Source: an uncultured Armatimonadetes bacterium (GTDB lineage Bacteria; Armatimonadota; UBA5829; DTJY01). From it: a stretch of 64,000 bases of DNA. The position numbers and the translations under genes are program-made. Shown here piece after piece: positions 53,013 through 62,742 of this stretch. Numbering within the stretch: position 1 is the first letter of the stretch; each line of letters starts with the position of its first letter. The notes under the pieces were generated by a model. That model was not told the origin of the DNA. It searched no databases and worked only from the letters and a program-made list of their open reading frames with translations. The stretch lies in the NCBI GenBank assembly GCA_963717145.1, contig OY970325.1, positions 4,256,001 to 4,320,000 on the forward strand, given 5' to 3'.

Positions 53013-55304
53013 GTGATGGAGTGGTGGAGTAATGGAAGAATCGCGCGCACATGCCTTGTCCTTCTTGTGACGGGCCTGGCGCTGATGGGAAGAGCGGAGG
53101 GAAAGAGCTTGAACCTGACATTTTGCTGTGCGCGGGACAACGATCTGTACTCGATCCTATCGAAGTCCGGCAGTTACCCGCGATATGAGGCGCCGGCTGA
53201 GGCCGTCGAGCATGCGAAGGACGGCTCGGCGGTCCTGATCTTGGCGGACGGCTATCCGGAGACGACGACGGTTGTTCCTCCTGAGGTCCTCGACCGTGCG
53301 AGGGAGAAAAACCTGCGGCTGTATATCGAGTACCCGGATGCCGGGAGCGCCCGTGTCCTCACGGGCAACGAAGTCGGCGCGCCTCAGCACACGGTATGGG
53401 AGCGGGCGGTAGTTTCCTCCGATGCATTCGGTGAGGAGCTGCCGAAGCTTCACATCGTCGGAGTCCAGGATTGCCATTTCGTGCCGATGAAGGCGTCTGA
53501 TCCAATGCTCGTGGTGGCGAAGGTCGCCGGATTCGATACCGCCGTCTTCGGCCTCCCGGAGAATGCGTTTCCGTTGCTCTTCGAGGTTCCGGACCGCAAT
53601 CTCCTCGTCGCCACCACCAAGCTCAGCGGATTCGTGACCGGCCGATACGCGCCGACGCACGCTTGGAAGGTCATCTGGGCGCATATTCTTACGATGCTCG
53701 CCCCGGAGAACCCCTCCCCAGCCCTCCCCGCAACGGGGAGGGAGTCCCCGGCGCGTACCGAGGTACTCCCTCCCCGTTGCGGGGAGGGCTGGGGAGGGGT
53801 TCTTCGGTGGACGCCGACGGTGCATCCGGCGTATGGCCGGGACGACAAGCTGCCCAGGGACTTCGAGCGGAAGGCGTTCGATGCGGCGGCGGACTGGGTC
53901 TTCGATTCCCGCCTGCTGATCCATCCATCGCGTGAAGCTGAGATTCACCGTCTGCTGGCCCAGAACATCGAAGGTATCGAGGAGCCGGGTTCAGATGCAC
54001 CCACCGGCGACGGGTCGCTCGGCATCCTGGAGGGATATTCCGCGGCCATCAAGTATGACGGCTCGCAGGTCCAGCGCCTCCCGATCCGGTCGGACTGCCA
54101 TGCGGAAACAGCGGCGGTCCTGGCCCTCGACTCGATGCTCAACGGCGATGACAGGAGCGGGAAAACAGCATCGAACCTGCTGGATTATGTTTACTTCACC
54201 TCGGGCATGTGCGGCGGAGTGAGAGGCAACCCGAAGCATCCGGCTTATGGCCTGATCGCTTGGGGGAACGTCTCCCGCGCGTGGGAGGTCGCCAGCTACA
54301 GTGACGACGACGGCCGCGTGATGCTCGGCACGATGCTCACATCGGCATGTCTCGGCTCGAAGAAGTGGGACGAGCCGCTCCTCAGGGCGCTGCTTGCCAA
54401 CCTCCGAACGACCGGCCCGCAGGGGTTCCGAGGCGACCGGATCGACATGCCGCCGATCGAGTCCGTGGGATGGAAGCATTTTCACGATACTGAGAGGGTC
54501 AACTACTCCACGCACCATGAATCTTACCTCTGGGCCTGCAACATTTGGGCATACGGGCAGACCGGCTACAAGCCGTTCATCGAGCGCACGAAGACCGCCA
54601 TCCGGATGACGATGGAGGCCTTCCCCGATGGCTGGCGCTGGAACGACAGCATGGAGCGCGCGCGGATGCTCCTCTGCCTCTCGTGGCTCGTCCGGATCGA
54701 GGATACGCCGGAGCATCGCGAGTGGCTCGATCGGATCGCCCAGTCGATTATTTCATACCAGCAACCCTCCGGTGCGATCGACGAGCGGCGCGGCGGCGAG
54801 CTGACCGGCTTCCAGATCGCCATGTCGAACGAGGAGTACGGCACGGGCGAGACTCCGCTGATCCAGCAGAACGGCGACCCGGTGACCGATCAGCTTTACA
54901 CGACCGGGTTCGCGCTCCTCGGCCTGCACGAGGGATATGCGGCGACCGGTGATCCGAAGCTCAAGGCGTCGGAGGACAAGCTGGCGGAGTTCCTCTGTCG
55001 GATACAGGTGCGCTCGGAGAAATACCCGTACCTCGACGGCACGTGGTTCCGGGCGTTCGATCATCGGCAGTGGGACTACTGGGCGAGTTCGGGCGATGTC
55101 GGCTGGGGCGCATGGAGCGTCGAGGCGGGATGGGCTCAGGCATGGACGGCGGTGGTGCTCGCGCTCCGTCAGAAGGGGACGTCGATGTGGGAGATGACCG
55201 CCGGCAGCCGGATCATCGACCACTGGGATGCCGTCCGCGAGCAGATGAAGCAGAATGATGGCGGCCCATGGACCGGCGCTCCGTGGAAGGGGAGTCGGGA
55301 GTAG
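53013..55304 (+). CDS. Secreted (alpha/alpha)6-barrel-like protein with in-frame palindrome insertion
   Basis: Signal-like N-terminus; long ORF with host-like codon usage; function unresolved. Confidence 0.65.
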   Translation: MMEWWSNGRIARTCLVLLVTGLALMGRAEGKSLNLTFCCARDNDLYSILSKSGSYPRYEAPAEAVEHAKDGSAVLILADGYPETTTVVPPEVLDRAREKNLRLYIEYPDAGSARVLTGNEVGAPQHTVWERAVVSSDAFGEELPKLHIVGVQDCHFVPMKASDPMLVVAKVAGFDTAVFGLPENAFPLLFEVPDRNLLVATTKLSGFVTGRYAPTHAWKVIWAHILTMLAPENPSPALPATGRESPARTEVLPPRCGEGWGGVLRWTPTVHPAYGRDDKLPRDFERKAFDAAADWVFDSRLLIHPSREAEIHRLLAQNIEGIEEPGSDAPTGDGSLGILEGYSAAIKYDGSQVQRLPIRSDCHAETAAVLALDSMLNGDDRSGKTASNLLDYVYFTSGMCGGVRGNPKHPAYGLIAWGNVSRAWEVASYSDDDGRVMLGTMLTSACLGSKKWDEPLLRALLANLRTTGPQGFRGDRIDMPPIESVGWKHFHDTERVNYSTHHESYLWACNIWAYGQTGYKPFIERTKTAIRMTMEAFPDGWRWNDSMERARMLLCLSWLVRIEDTPEHREWLDRIAQSIISYQQPSGAIDERRGGELTGFQIAMSNEEYGTGETPLIQQNGDPVTDQLYTTGFALLGLHEGYAATGDPKLKASEDKLAEFLCRIQVRSEKYPYLDGTWFRAFDHRQWDYWASSGDVGWGAWSVEAGWAQAWTAVVLALRQKGTSMWEMTAGSRIIDHWDAVREQMKQNDGGPWTGAPWKGSRE

Positions 55305-55353
55305 GGAATGGTTGATGGTCGATGGTTCATGGCTCATGGTTAATGATACGGGA

Positions 55354-55465
55354 ACCGTCAGTCCTGAGTAGCCGGTGAATGACGGCGTAACGAAGGACGG
55401 CCTTGGGTGGCAAAGAGGCCGTCCTTCGTTACGCCGTCATTCACCGGCTACTCAGGACTGACGGT
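55354..55465. repeat. Family C palindrome
   Basis: Homologous to 19711-19827. Confidence 0.9.
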
Positions 55466-55485
55466 GGTGTAAAGAGGTAACGTAG

Positions 55486-56520
55486 ATGACCCACAGAGAA
55501 CGTACACTAGCCGCAATCAGGCATCAGCCGACCGACCGGATTCCGGTCGATGCCATCTGCATCGAGACGATCCCCGAACTGGCGGAATACCTCGACATCC
55601 CTCAGGAGGCCGTGCTCGACCGGCTGGGGATCGACGGGCGAATCGTCGCCGCCGGTTACTCGGGCGAACTGCCGGTCGCGGATGACGGCGCGGTCGTCTC
55701 GGAGTGGCGGACATCCTGGCGGCCGGACTACTCGATCGACCGAGGGTACTATCCGCTGGCAGGGGTTACGACAATCGCTGAGATCGAGCGGTTTCCCTGG
55801 CCGGATCCCGCCCAGTATAACTATGAGGCGGTCGGAGGATACGCGAAGTCGCTCGGAGACACATACGCCGTCCGCGGCCCTTACTGGAATCCGCTCTTCT
55901 GCCGTGCGCTCGACCTCTTCGGCATGGAAGAGGCGATGGTCAACATGTCACTCGAACCGGCGCTCTTCGAGGCGGTCATCGAGCGGACCTACGAGTACCT
56001 GGCGGAGTATTGCCGGCGACTGATCGAGGCGTGCGGCGACTCGATGCCGATCCTCTGCCTGGCGGACGATTTCGCGACCCAGCGCGGGCTGATGATCTCG
56101 CCCGATCAGTGGCGCAGGTTCCTCAAGCCGAGGTACGCGGGGCTCTTCGAGATCGGCAAGCGGTCCGGCAAGCTGATCTGGTTCCACTCCTGCGGCGACA
56201 TCACGGCCATTCTGCCCGACCTGATCGAGATTGGGGTGGATGTGTGGGAGACGGTTCAACTTCACGCGCTGCCGATGACTGCATCGGACCTGAAGCGCGA
56301 GTATGGCGAGGACATCTGCTTCTTCGGCGGAGTGAACACTCAGCATCTGCCGTTCGCTCGTCCGGAGGAGGTGCGGGACGAGGTCAGGCGCTGCATCGAG
56401 GTCCTTGGGGAAGGCGGCGGATACATTTGTGGGCCGGACCATCATATCAAGCCGGACGTCCCGCCGGAGAACACCGTCGCGCTTTTCGATACTGCGACTG
56501 GGGTTAAAGCCCCAGCCTAG
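55486..56520 (+). CDS. Uroporphyrinogen decarboxylase (URO-D) family protein
   Basis: MTHRER...PTDRIP, DDFATQRG, FHSCG, FFGGVNTQ, GGYICGPDH. Confidence 0.88.
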   Translation: MTHRERTLAAIRHQPTDRIPVDAICIETIPELAEYLDIPQEAVLDRLGIDGRIVAAGYSGELPVADDGAVVSEWRTSWRPDYSIDRGYYPLAGVTTIAEIERFPWPDPAQYNYEAVGGYAKSLGDTYAVRGPYWNPLFCRALDLFGMEEAMVNMSLEPALFEAVIERTYEYLAEYCRRLIEACGDSMPILCLADDFATQRGLMISPDQWRRFLKPRYAGLFEIGKRSGKLIWFHSCGDITAILPDLIEIGVDVWETVQLHALPMTASDLKREYGEDICFFGGVNTQHLPFARPEEVRDEVRRCIEVLGEGGGYICGPDHHIKPDVPPENTVALFDTATGVKAPA

Positions 56521-56572
56521 GAAGCAGGAAGCATGCTGAAGCAAGCTAAGCAGATTCATGTCAAGGCAAACC

Positions 56573-56690
56573 CGCCGTGAGTCCTGAGTGCGCCGGTGAA
56601 TGACGGCGTGTATCGAAGGACGGCTCGGTGCACCCAAGGCCGTCCTTCGATACACGCCGTCATTCACCGGCGCACTCAGGACTGACGGTG
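56573..56690. repeat. Family C palindrome
   Basis: Homologous to 19711-19827. Confidence 0.9.
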
Positions 56691-56697
56691 GTGACTT

Positions 56698-59169
56698 ATG
56701 GATAGGGAGTCAAGCATGGGAAGGTACATACTACTTGTGTTGGCGCTGATGGTGCTGACCATGACCGTGACCGCATTCGGCCAGGAAACCCAGGTCGATC
56801 GGTACACAATCGACGACTTCGAGAAGATCAGCGGATGGTCCACGATCAACGGCGGGAAGATCGGCTCGAGCGATGTCGTCGTCAAGCAGGGCGAGAAGTC
56901 GCTCAAGTGGACTGCGCAGATCATCAAGCCGCGCAACTCGCTCACCGGCATCGAGAAGCGCAAGCTTGGTCTGCCGGTTCCGAATCTGGTGAGCATCCGG
57001 ATCTATCCCGAGCGGCCGCACGTCATCATCGGCCTCTCGGACTCGCAGGGCAACCGGGTGATCCAGAGCCCGGTGCGCGACCTCTTCCCCCGGCAGTGGA
57101 ACACGGTCAAGCTCTCCCCGAAGGCGATGCAGCCGGTCGGACGGGATGCCAAGCCGCTCACCGACCTCGACTCGATCTTCATCGGCACGGAGGACGGCGC
57201 GGGCGAGAACCCGGCTACCGGCGAGTACATCTTCTACATCGACGACCTGGCGGCCATCTACCCCGCCGGGACCGCCCCGAACCACGAGCAGGTTCCGAGC
57301 GAGGCGCTCTTCAAGGAAAAGCTCGAGATCGCCCGCGTGAGGCTCGGCAAGCTCGATGAACTGATGGTGAAGGCGGAGACCTCGAGCATCGACGTCTCCT
57401 ACCCGCGAGTCTCGCGCACGGTCGTCGGCCAGTTCATCGACTTCGCCGCGGCCGAGGCGCAGGAGGGCAAGCTGTCCAGGGCGCATAAACAGGCGGACTT
57501 CATCATCGAGTGCGCCAACCGCGCGATCGATGAGTTGCAGACGATGCTCGACGATCCGACGAAGCGCATCACGATGCCGAAGGTAGCGATGCAGAACATC
57601 ACCGCGAAGGACGGCGACTTCTACAGCGGCAACCGGCCCGTCGAGATGGTCGGGCTCTGCGGCTGGTGGGACAAGTCGTACTTCCCGACCGTCAAGGGCA
57701 CGGGCTTCAACGCCATCAGCATGGAGATCGGGCCGAGCGGGAGTCTGAAGCCCGATGAGACGCTGAACGAGGCGTCGATCGCCAAGGTGACGTCCATCCT
57801 CGACACCGCGAAGGAGCACAACATGGCGGTCGATCTGCTCCTCTCGCCGCACTACTTCCCCGATTGGGCCTACGCGAAGCACCCGACCGCCGATGCTGAC
57901 AGCGCGCGTCGGAATCGTGGCGGCTTCATGCCATGGGATGTGAGCGATCAGGGCTTCCGGGAGGTCGTCGAGAAGCATCTCGGCGCGGTGATCCCCAGGG
58001 TCCGAGATCATCCGTCTCTCCTCAGCTACGACCTCGTGAACGAGGCATGGTACGAGTTGATGGGCGACTTCTATCTCGGCGACTACGACAAATGGATGTC
58101 GGAGAGTCCCGGCGGCGACGACTCCTGGGTCTCGCTCTACGATTTCAACCGCGACCGCGTGACGGATTTCTTCCGCTGGTACACGGCGGCGGTTCATAAG
58201 CATGACGTCAGGCATCCCACCTGGGCGAAGATCATCGGGCTCGGCGAGGTCATGGGAGTCGACCGCGAGGCGATCGGCGACATCCTCGATGCGAACGGCA
58301 TGGACTGCTGGCCCCGGTATCCAGATCCGACCGGCCGGTACGCGCTCGATGTCTGGACACAGGCGATCATGCACGACACGTACCGCTCGTTCCAGCCGGA
58401 CAAGCCGGTGCTCGACGGCGAGTACCATATCATCTCCTACGGGAGCGTCGTGCCGGAGGGGTACGTTCGGACATGTCTGTGGAACGCTCACCTCCACGGG
58501 CGCGATTTCTCGGCGATATGGGTCTGGGGGCGCGATCTGGAGAACGACCTGAACAGCTTCTACACCCAGCCCTCAGCGGTCGAGGAAGCGGGTCGGACGG
58601 CGCTCGACCTCCAGCGGCTGGCGGAATACGTCGTCGAGTTTCCCCGGCAGAAGTCGGAGGTCGCGTTGTTCTATGGCGGCGCGGATTTCCAGCGGGCGTA
58701 CGAGGCGATGTACTTCCTCGACGCGCAGTTCGACCTGGTCTCCGAGCGGCGGATCGAGGCGGGGAAGTTGAGCGCGTACAAGCTGCTGGTGATCCCGGCG
58801 AACGTGAAGCTGAGCAGGCCGATCGAGAAGGCGGTCGAGTCGTTCCGCAGATCAGGGGGCGTGGTGTTCACATGCCGCGACATCCCCGGCCAGGATGAGA
58901 AGTACCTAAGCCGCGAGATCGAGACTCAGTACGGGCGGGCGAAGATCAACCGCCCGGTGCGCGCGGACAAGTGGGGAGTCGAGTGCCGGTCTGCGATGAT
59001 GCCCGGCGGCCGGTGCGCGTATCTGATCAACTACACGAAGAAGCCGGTGAAGGTGAGGCTCTCGGTCTCTCCGAAAGTCACCACCGCCCGCGACCTGATC
59101 ACCGGCCGCGAAACCGGCCTCGGCTTCTCTCTCGATCCGATGACGCCGATGCTGCTGGAGTTGCGTTGA
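56698..59169 (+). CDS. Secreted GH42-like beta-galactosidase-type protein
   Basis: Signal peptide, HYFPDWA, YDLVNE, KPVLDGEYH, trimerisation-like C-terminus. Confidence 0.65.
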   Translation: MDRESSMGRYILLVLALMVLTMTVTAFGQETQVDRYTIDDFEKISGWSTINGGKIGSSDVVVKQGEKSLKWTAQIIKPRNSLTGIEKRKLGLPVPNLVSIRIYPERPHVIIGLSDSQGNRVIQSPVRDLFPRQWNTVKLSPKAMQPVGRDAKPLTDLDSIFIGTEDGAGENPATGEYIFYIDDLAAIYPAGTAPNHEQVPSEALFKEKLEIARVRLGKLDELMVKAETSSIDVSYPRVSRTVVGQFIDFAAAEAQEGKLSRAHKQADFIIECANRAIDELQTMLDDPTKRITMPKVAMQNITAKDGDFYSGNRPVEMVGLCGWWDKSYFPTVKGTGFNAISMEIGPSGSLKPDETLNEASIAKVTSILDTAKEHNMAVDLLLSPHYFPDWAYAKHPTADADSARRNRGGFMPWDVSDQGFREVVEKHLGAVIPRVRDHPSLLSYDLVNEAWYELMGDFYLGDYDKWMSESPGGDDSWVSLYDFNRDRVTDFFRWYTAAVHKHDVRHPTWAKIIGLGEVMGVDREAIGDILDANGMDCWPRYPDPTGRYALDVWTQAIMHDTYRSFQPDKPVLDGEYHIISYGSVVPEGYVRTCLWNAHLHGRDFSAIWVWGRDLENDLNSFYTQPSAVEEAGRTALDLQRLAEYVVEFPRQKSEVALFYGGADFQRAYEAMYFLDAQFDLVSERRIEAGKLSAYKLLVIPANVKLSRPIEKAVESFRRSGGVVFTCRDIPGQDEKYLSREIETQYGRAKINRPVRADKWGVECRSAMMPGGRCAYLINYTKKPVKVRLSVSPKVTTARDLITGRETGLGFSLDPMTPMLLELR

Positions 59170-59186
59170 CACCAAGGAGGAGTATC

Positions 59187-60173
59187 ATGCCCGAACCATT
59201 GATCAGAGAACTGAAATCGAGCCCGGTGATGACGCGATACCCGGGGAATCCGGTGCTGTCCAGGAAGGAGATCCCTTACAAGGCGAACCTGATATTCAAT
59301 GCCGGAGTGACCAAGTACCAGGGGAAGTACGTGATGGTCTTCCGCAACGACTACGGCGAGTTCGGGCCTCATCGGTTCGAGGGCACGAACCTGGGGCTCG
59401 CATACAGCGATGATGGGATCAAGTGGGAGGTTACCTCGAAGCCGTGCTGGGAACTCCAGGATGAGGAGATCAGTCGGGCATACGACCCGCGCCTGACGGT
59501 GATGGATGGCCGCGTCTACATGTGCTTTGCGGTCGATACCAGGCACGGCGTCCGTGGCGGGATCGCCGTCACCGACGACTTCGACCGGTTCGAGATCATC
59601 TCGATGTCAGTGCCCGACAACCGCAACATGGTGCTCTTCCCGGAGAAGATCGGCGGGATGTACGTCCGCCTGGAGCGGCCGTTCCCGGTCTACAGCCGGG
59701 GTGGGGAGCGCTTTGACGCGTGGATCTCCGACTCATGTGACCTGAAGTACTGGGGCAACTCGAACCTGCTGCTGGCGGTCGAGGACGTTCCGTTCGCCAA
59801 CACGAAGACCGGGCCCGCCGCGCCGCCGGTCAAGACGCCCAGGGGATGGCTGACGACGTTCCACGCGGTGGATTTCGATCCCTCGCGCGGGAAGAACGGC
59901 TGGGAGCCGGTGTGGAGGAAGCGCTACACGGCGGGGATCATGCTGCTCGACCTGGAGGACCCGTCGAAGGTGATCGGCCTCTACAAGGAGCCGCTGCTCG
60001 CGCCGGAGACGCCGTATGAGGTCGAGGAGGGATTCCGGACCAACGTGATCTTCCCCGGTGGGATGGTGCTCGAGGACTCGGGCGAGGTGAAGCTCTACTA
60101 CGGAGCAGCGGACACCGTCGAGTGCCTAGCGACGGCCGATGTTGCGGATCTCCTGGCCCTCTGCGGACAGTAG
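59187..60173 (+). CDS. GH130 glycosidase/phosphorylase
   Basis: FNAGV, YDPRLT, NRNMVLFPEKI, NVIFPGG, YYGAADT. Confidence 0.9.
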   Translation: MPEPLIRELKSSPVMTRYPGNPVLSRKEIPYKANLIFNAGVTKYQGKYVMVFRNDYGEFGPHRFEGTNLGLAYSDDGIKWEVTSKPCWELQDEEISRAYDPRLTVMDGRVYMCFAVDTRHGVRGGIAVTDDFDRFEIISMSVPDNRNMVLFPEKIGGMYVRLERPFPVYSRGGERFDAWISDSCDLKYWGNSNLLLAVEDVPFANTKTGPAAPPVKTPRGWLTTFHAVDFDPSRGKNGWEPVWRKRYTAGIMLLDLEDPSKVIGLYKEPLLAPETPYEVEEGFRTNVIFPGGMVLEDSGEVKLYYGAADTVECLATADVADLLALCGQ

Positions 60174-60224
60174 GAGCGCCGATGTCCTCATCGGCATTCA
60201 TGTGCGAGGAGATGCGCTCCTTGC

Positions 60225-61316
60225 TCAGAAATGCTGTGCTCTGCGGCGGCGGAATACGGGAAGCGAGGCCAGACCTCCAGCCAAAACGACGAGTGAGGAC
60301 GGCTCGGGGATGGGATCTGCGGTGTAGTGCCAGAGCATCGCATCGCCATCAGCCAAGCCAGCAACCCAGATCTCGTCGCTAGACACATCAACGCTCCAGG
60401 CCTGGGACTCTGAGTATGCTCCGGCGGGCAGAAGGGCATGCAGATCCATCCAGCTTCCGGCACTCCCCATCCACAGTCCGGCGTGAAACAAACCGCCAAA
60501 CGTGGCTATCCCCACCTGCCGGCCCTCGGCAACGCCATTGGCATAAGAATACTCCGCCCCTGCGGGGTTGAGGTCCACCCAACTCTCGGCAGTCCCGTTC
60601 CACAGTCCGGCGTGACCTGTGCCTGCAACCTCGGCGTAGCCCACCTGCTGGCCGCGCGAAACGCCCCTGACCTCCGAATCGAGCGACCCTGCGGGGTTGA
60701 GGTCCACCCAACTCTCGGCAGTCCCGTTCCACAGGCCAGCGTGAGGGTTATAGGACGTGCTGCCAAAGTTTGCGTATCCCACCTGCTGACCGGCGGAGAC
60801 TCCCCAGGCACTTGAATCTGTCGCCCCTGCAGGGTTGAGATCCACCCAGCTTCCGGCATTCCCGCTCCACAGACTAGCGTGCCAAAAGGTGCCAACGTCG
60901 ACAGCTCCCACCTGCTGGCCGCCGGAAACGGCCCAAGCGTACGAAGTGGGCGCCCCGACAGGATTGAGGTCCACCCAGCTTTCGGCAGTTCCGTTCCACA
61001 GCCCAGCGTGATCACCGGTGCCTGGAACGTAGGCTTGGCCCACCTGTTGGCCGTTGGAGACACCGTGGGCAAACGACCACGCCGCTCCTTCAGGGTTGAG
61101 ATCCACCCGGCTCTCGGGAGTCCCGTTCCACAAGGCGGCGTGATCGTCACCGTTCATGTAGACCCGCCCTACCTGCTCACCACGGGAGATACCATAGGCA
61201 TCTGACATTGTCGCCCCTGCAGGGTGAAGGCTGACGACAGTCCACCCCCCAAGTGCGGGGCCGCTGACCATGCACAGCAGCACAATCGCTGCCGTCAATG
61301 CAAGAAGCTTCTTCAT
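60225..61316 (-). CDS. PEP-CTERM surface protein with ~43-aa repeats
   Basis: Repeats HAGLWNGTAESWVDLNP; C-terminal IPEPSS + TM + RRRR. Confidence 0.88.
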   Translation of the reverse strand: MKKLLALTAAIVLLCMVSGPALGGWTVVSLHPAGATMSDAYGISRGEQVGRVYMNGDDHAALWNGTPESRVDLNPEGAAWSFAHGVSNGQQVGQAYVPGTGDHAGLWNGTAESWVDLNPVGAPTSYAWAVSGGQQVGAVDVGTFWHASLWSGNAGSWVDLNPAGATDSSAWGVSAGQQVGYANFGSTSYNPHAGLWNGTAESWVDLNPAGSLDSEVRGVSRGQQVGYAEVAGTGHAGLWNGTAESWVDLNPAGAEYSYANGVAEGRQVGIATFGGLFHAGLWMGSAGSWMDLHALLPAGAYSESQAWSVDVSSDEIWVAGLADGDAMLWHYTADPIPEPSSLVVLAGGLASLPVFRRRRAQHF

Positions 61317-61447
61317 ATCTTATCCTCCCAGCCTGTGATGTCTGCTGCTCTTCGACAGCCTGACAGTGCCATGTTATCACTACTATGGTGATTATGCAAG
61401 GCGTGGACAAGAAACTGGTAGTTTTACCAGGTCACGCGGCTCAGCTT

Positions 61448-61510
61448 CCGATCCCCTGACGACTCCCGTCGTCGGGGCCGGCCATGACGACGGGAGTCGT
61501 CATGCGATCG
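61448..61510. repeat. Family B palindrome variant
   Basis: tgacgactcccgtcgtc...gacgacgggagtcgtca. Confidence 0.7.
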
Positions 61511-61521
61511 AGGGATCCGGG

Positions 61522-61727
61522 GGGGTGCATTTCCACAGAGTGGGTCAGCCTCTCGTTATGCCACCAGAGTGGCTACTCGAGGAGAACGGTTGGGGGGTCT
61601 GCCAGTGTCCCAAGCCCCTTTGGGTGGTCTGCCGTGGGTCCATGGCCCAGAACCGTCTAGTCTCGAGTAGGTTTCTCTGCGAACCAGAACGAGAGACGGT
61701 CGCCACCCACTCCACTCGAATGCACCC
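61522..61727. mobile_element. MITE (copy 2) with 8-bp target duplication GATCCGGG
   Basis: TSD at 61514-61521 and 61728-61735; carries an internal ~30-bp duplication relative to copy 1. Confidence 0.8.
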
Positions 61728-61802
61728 GATCCGGGTCCCGCCGTTGACACGCTCCGGGCATGGTGCTACTATTGGGCAGACCTGTGGAAAAGCGAGGAAG
61801 CG

Positions 61803-62729
61803 GTGAGGAAGACAACAACCTGGAATCTGCTCTCGGGTGATTTCGTGCCCGGAAAACTGCGGCCACTGTACGCTCCGATCTATGCTCTGGTCAATGGCCT
61901 CCACAACAGCCATCCGTACGAGCAACTCGATGACAGGCTGGAGGTTCGTGACTTCGCGTGCGATTTGGAGAAGTACGGGTCGCAGTTCACCGCGGACACG
62001 ACGCCCAGCAGGCTGCTGTGCAACCTGTTCTGGCACGAACTCCCCTGGGCGAAGATCAAGCAGGAACTCGGCGAGATCCAGGTCCTGGACTCCGGATGCG
62101 GCGCGGGCAACTACGGTCCCACGCTAATGGAGTGGAGCGGCAATGCCATATCCTCGTACACCGGGCTCGACCTGTTCCCGAGAGACAATTGGAAGGCTCT
62201 GGAAGCGGAGAATCCGACCTTCAAGTTTCAGCAGTGCGAGGATAAGGACACATACAAGCACATCCCGCCGACCGCGAACTTTCTCATGTCGCAGTCGGCA
62301 ATCGAACACTTCAGGTACGATCTGGAGTTCTTCCGGCAGATCCGAGACCACGTGCATGCCTATGGGAAGTCCGCCGTGCAGGTACACCTGTTCCCGAGCA
62401 GCGCCTGTCTGAGGCTCTATGGCCCGCACGGATTCCGGCACTACACTCCCAGAACGGTCTCGATGATCACGCGCCTGTTCGACGAGCGCTCCCATGCCGT
62501 CCTCTACGGACTCGGAGGCCGGGAATGCAATGACCTCCACTACGAGTTCATCACTCGTCCATCGAGCGTCTGGCGGCCCGGCGATCTGCGGGACCAGAAG
62601 CCTCAGGAGTACGTGAAGCGGCTCCGGTCGGCGGTCGAGGCTGACTTCAAGGATCCCGGAAGGGATCCCGCATTCTGGGCACTTGTGATTCACACGAATC
62701 CGGCCATCAAGTTGTTCGGCTCCGAGTGA
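61803..62729 (+). CDS. Class I SAM-dependent methyltransferase
   Basis: VLDSGCGAG, YTGLD, SQSAIEH; promoter TTGACA-N17-TACTAT at 61744-61772. Confidence 0.75.
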   Translation: MRKTTTWNLLSGDFVPGKLRPLYAPIYALVNGLHNSHPYEQLDDRLEVRDFACDLEKYGSQFTADTTPSRLLCNLFWHELPWAKIKQELGEIQVLDSGCGAGNYGPTLMEWSGNAISSYTGLDLFPRDNWKALEAENPTFKFQQCEDKDTYKHIPPTANFLMSQSAIEHFRYDLEFFRQIRDHVHAYGKSAVQVHLFPSSACLRLYGPHGFRHYTPRTVSMITRLFDERSHAVLYGLGGRECNDLHYEFITRPSSVWRPGDLRDQKPQEYVKRLRSAVEADFKDPGRDPAFWALVIHTNPAIKLFGSE

Positions 62730-62742
62730 GATCGCTCTCCGG

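Noticed and set aside
60480-61240. Regularly spaced ~49-bp direct repeats resembling a CRISPR array
   Set aside because: They are the coding repeats of the PEP-CTERM protein (period ~129-135 nt, in frame), and no cas genes are present.
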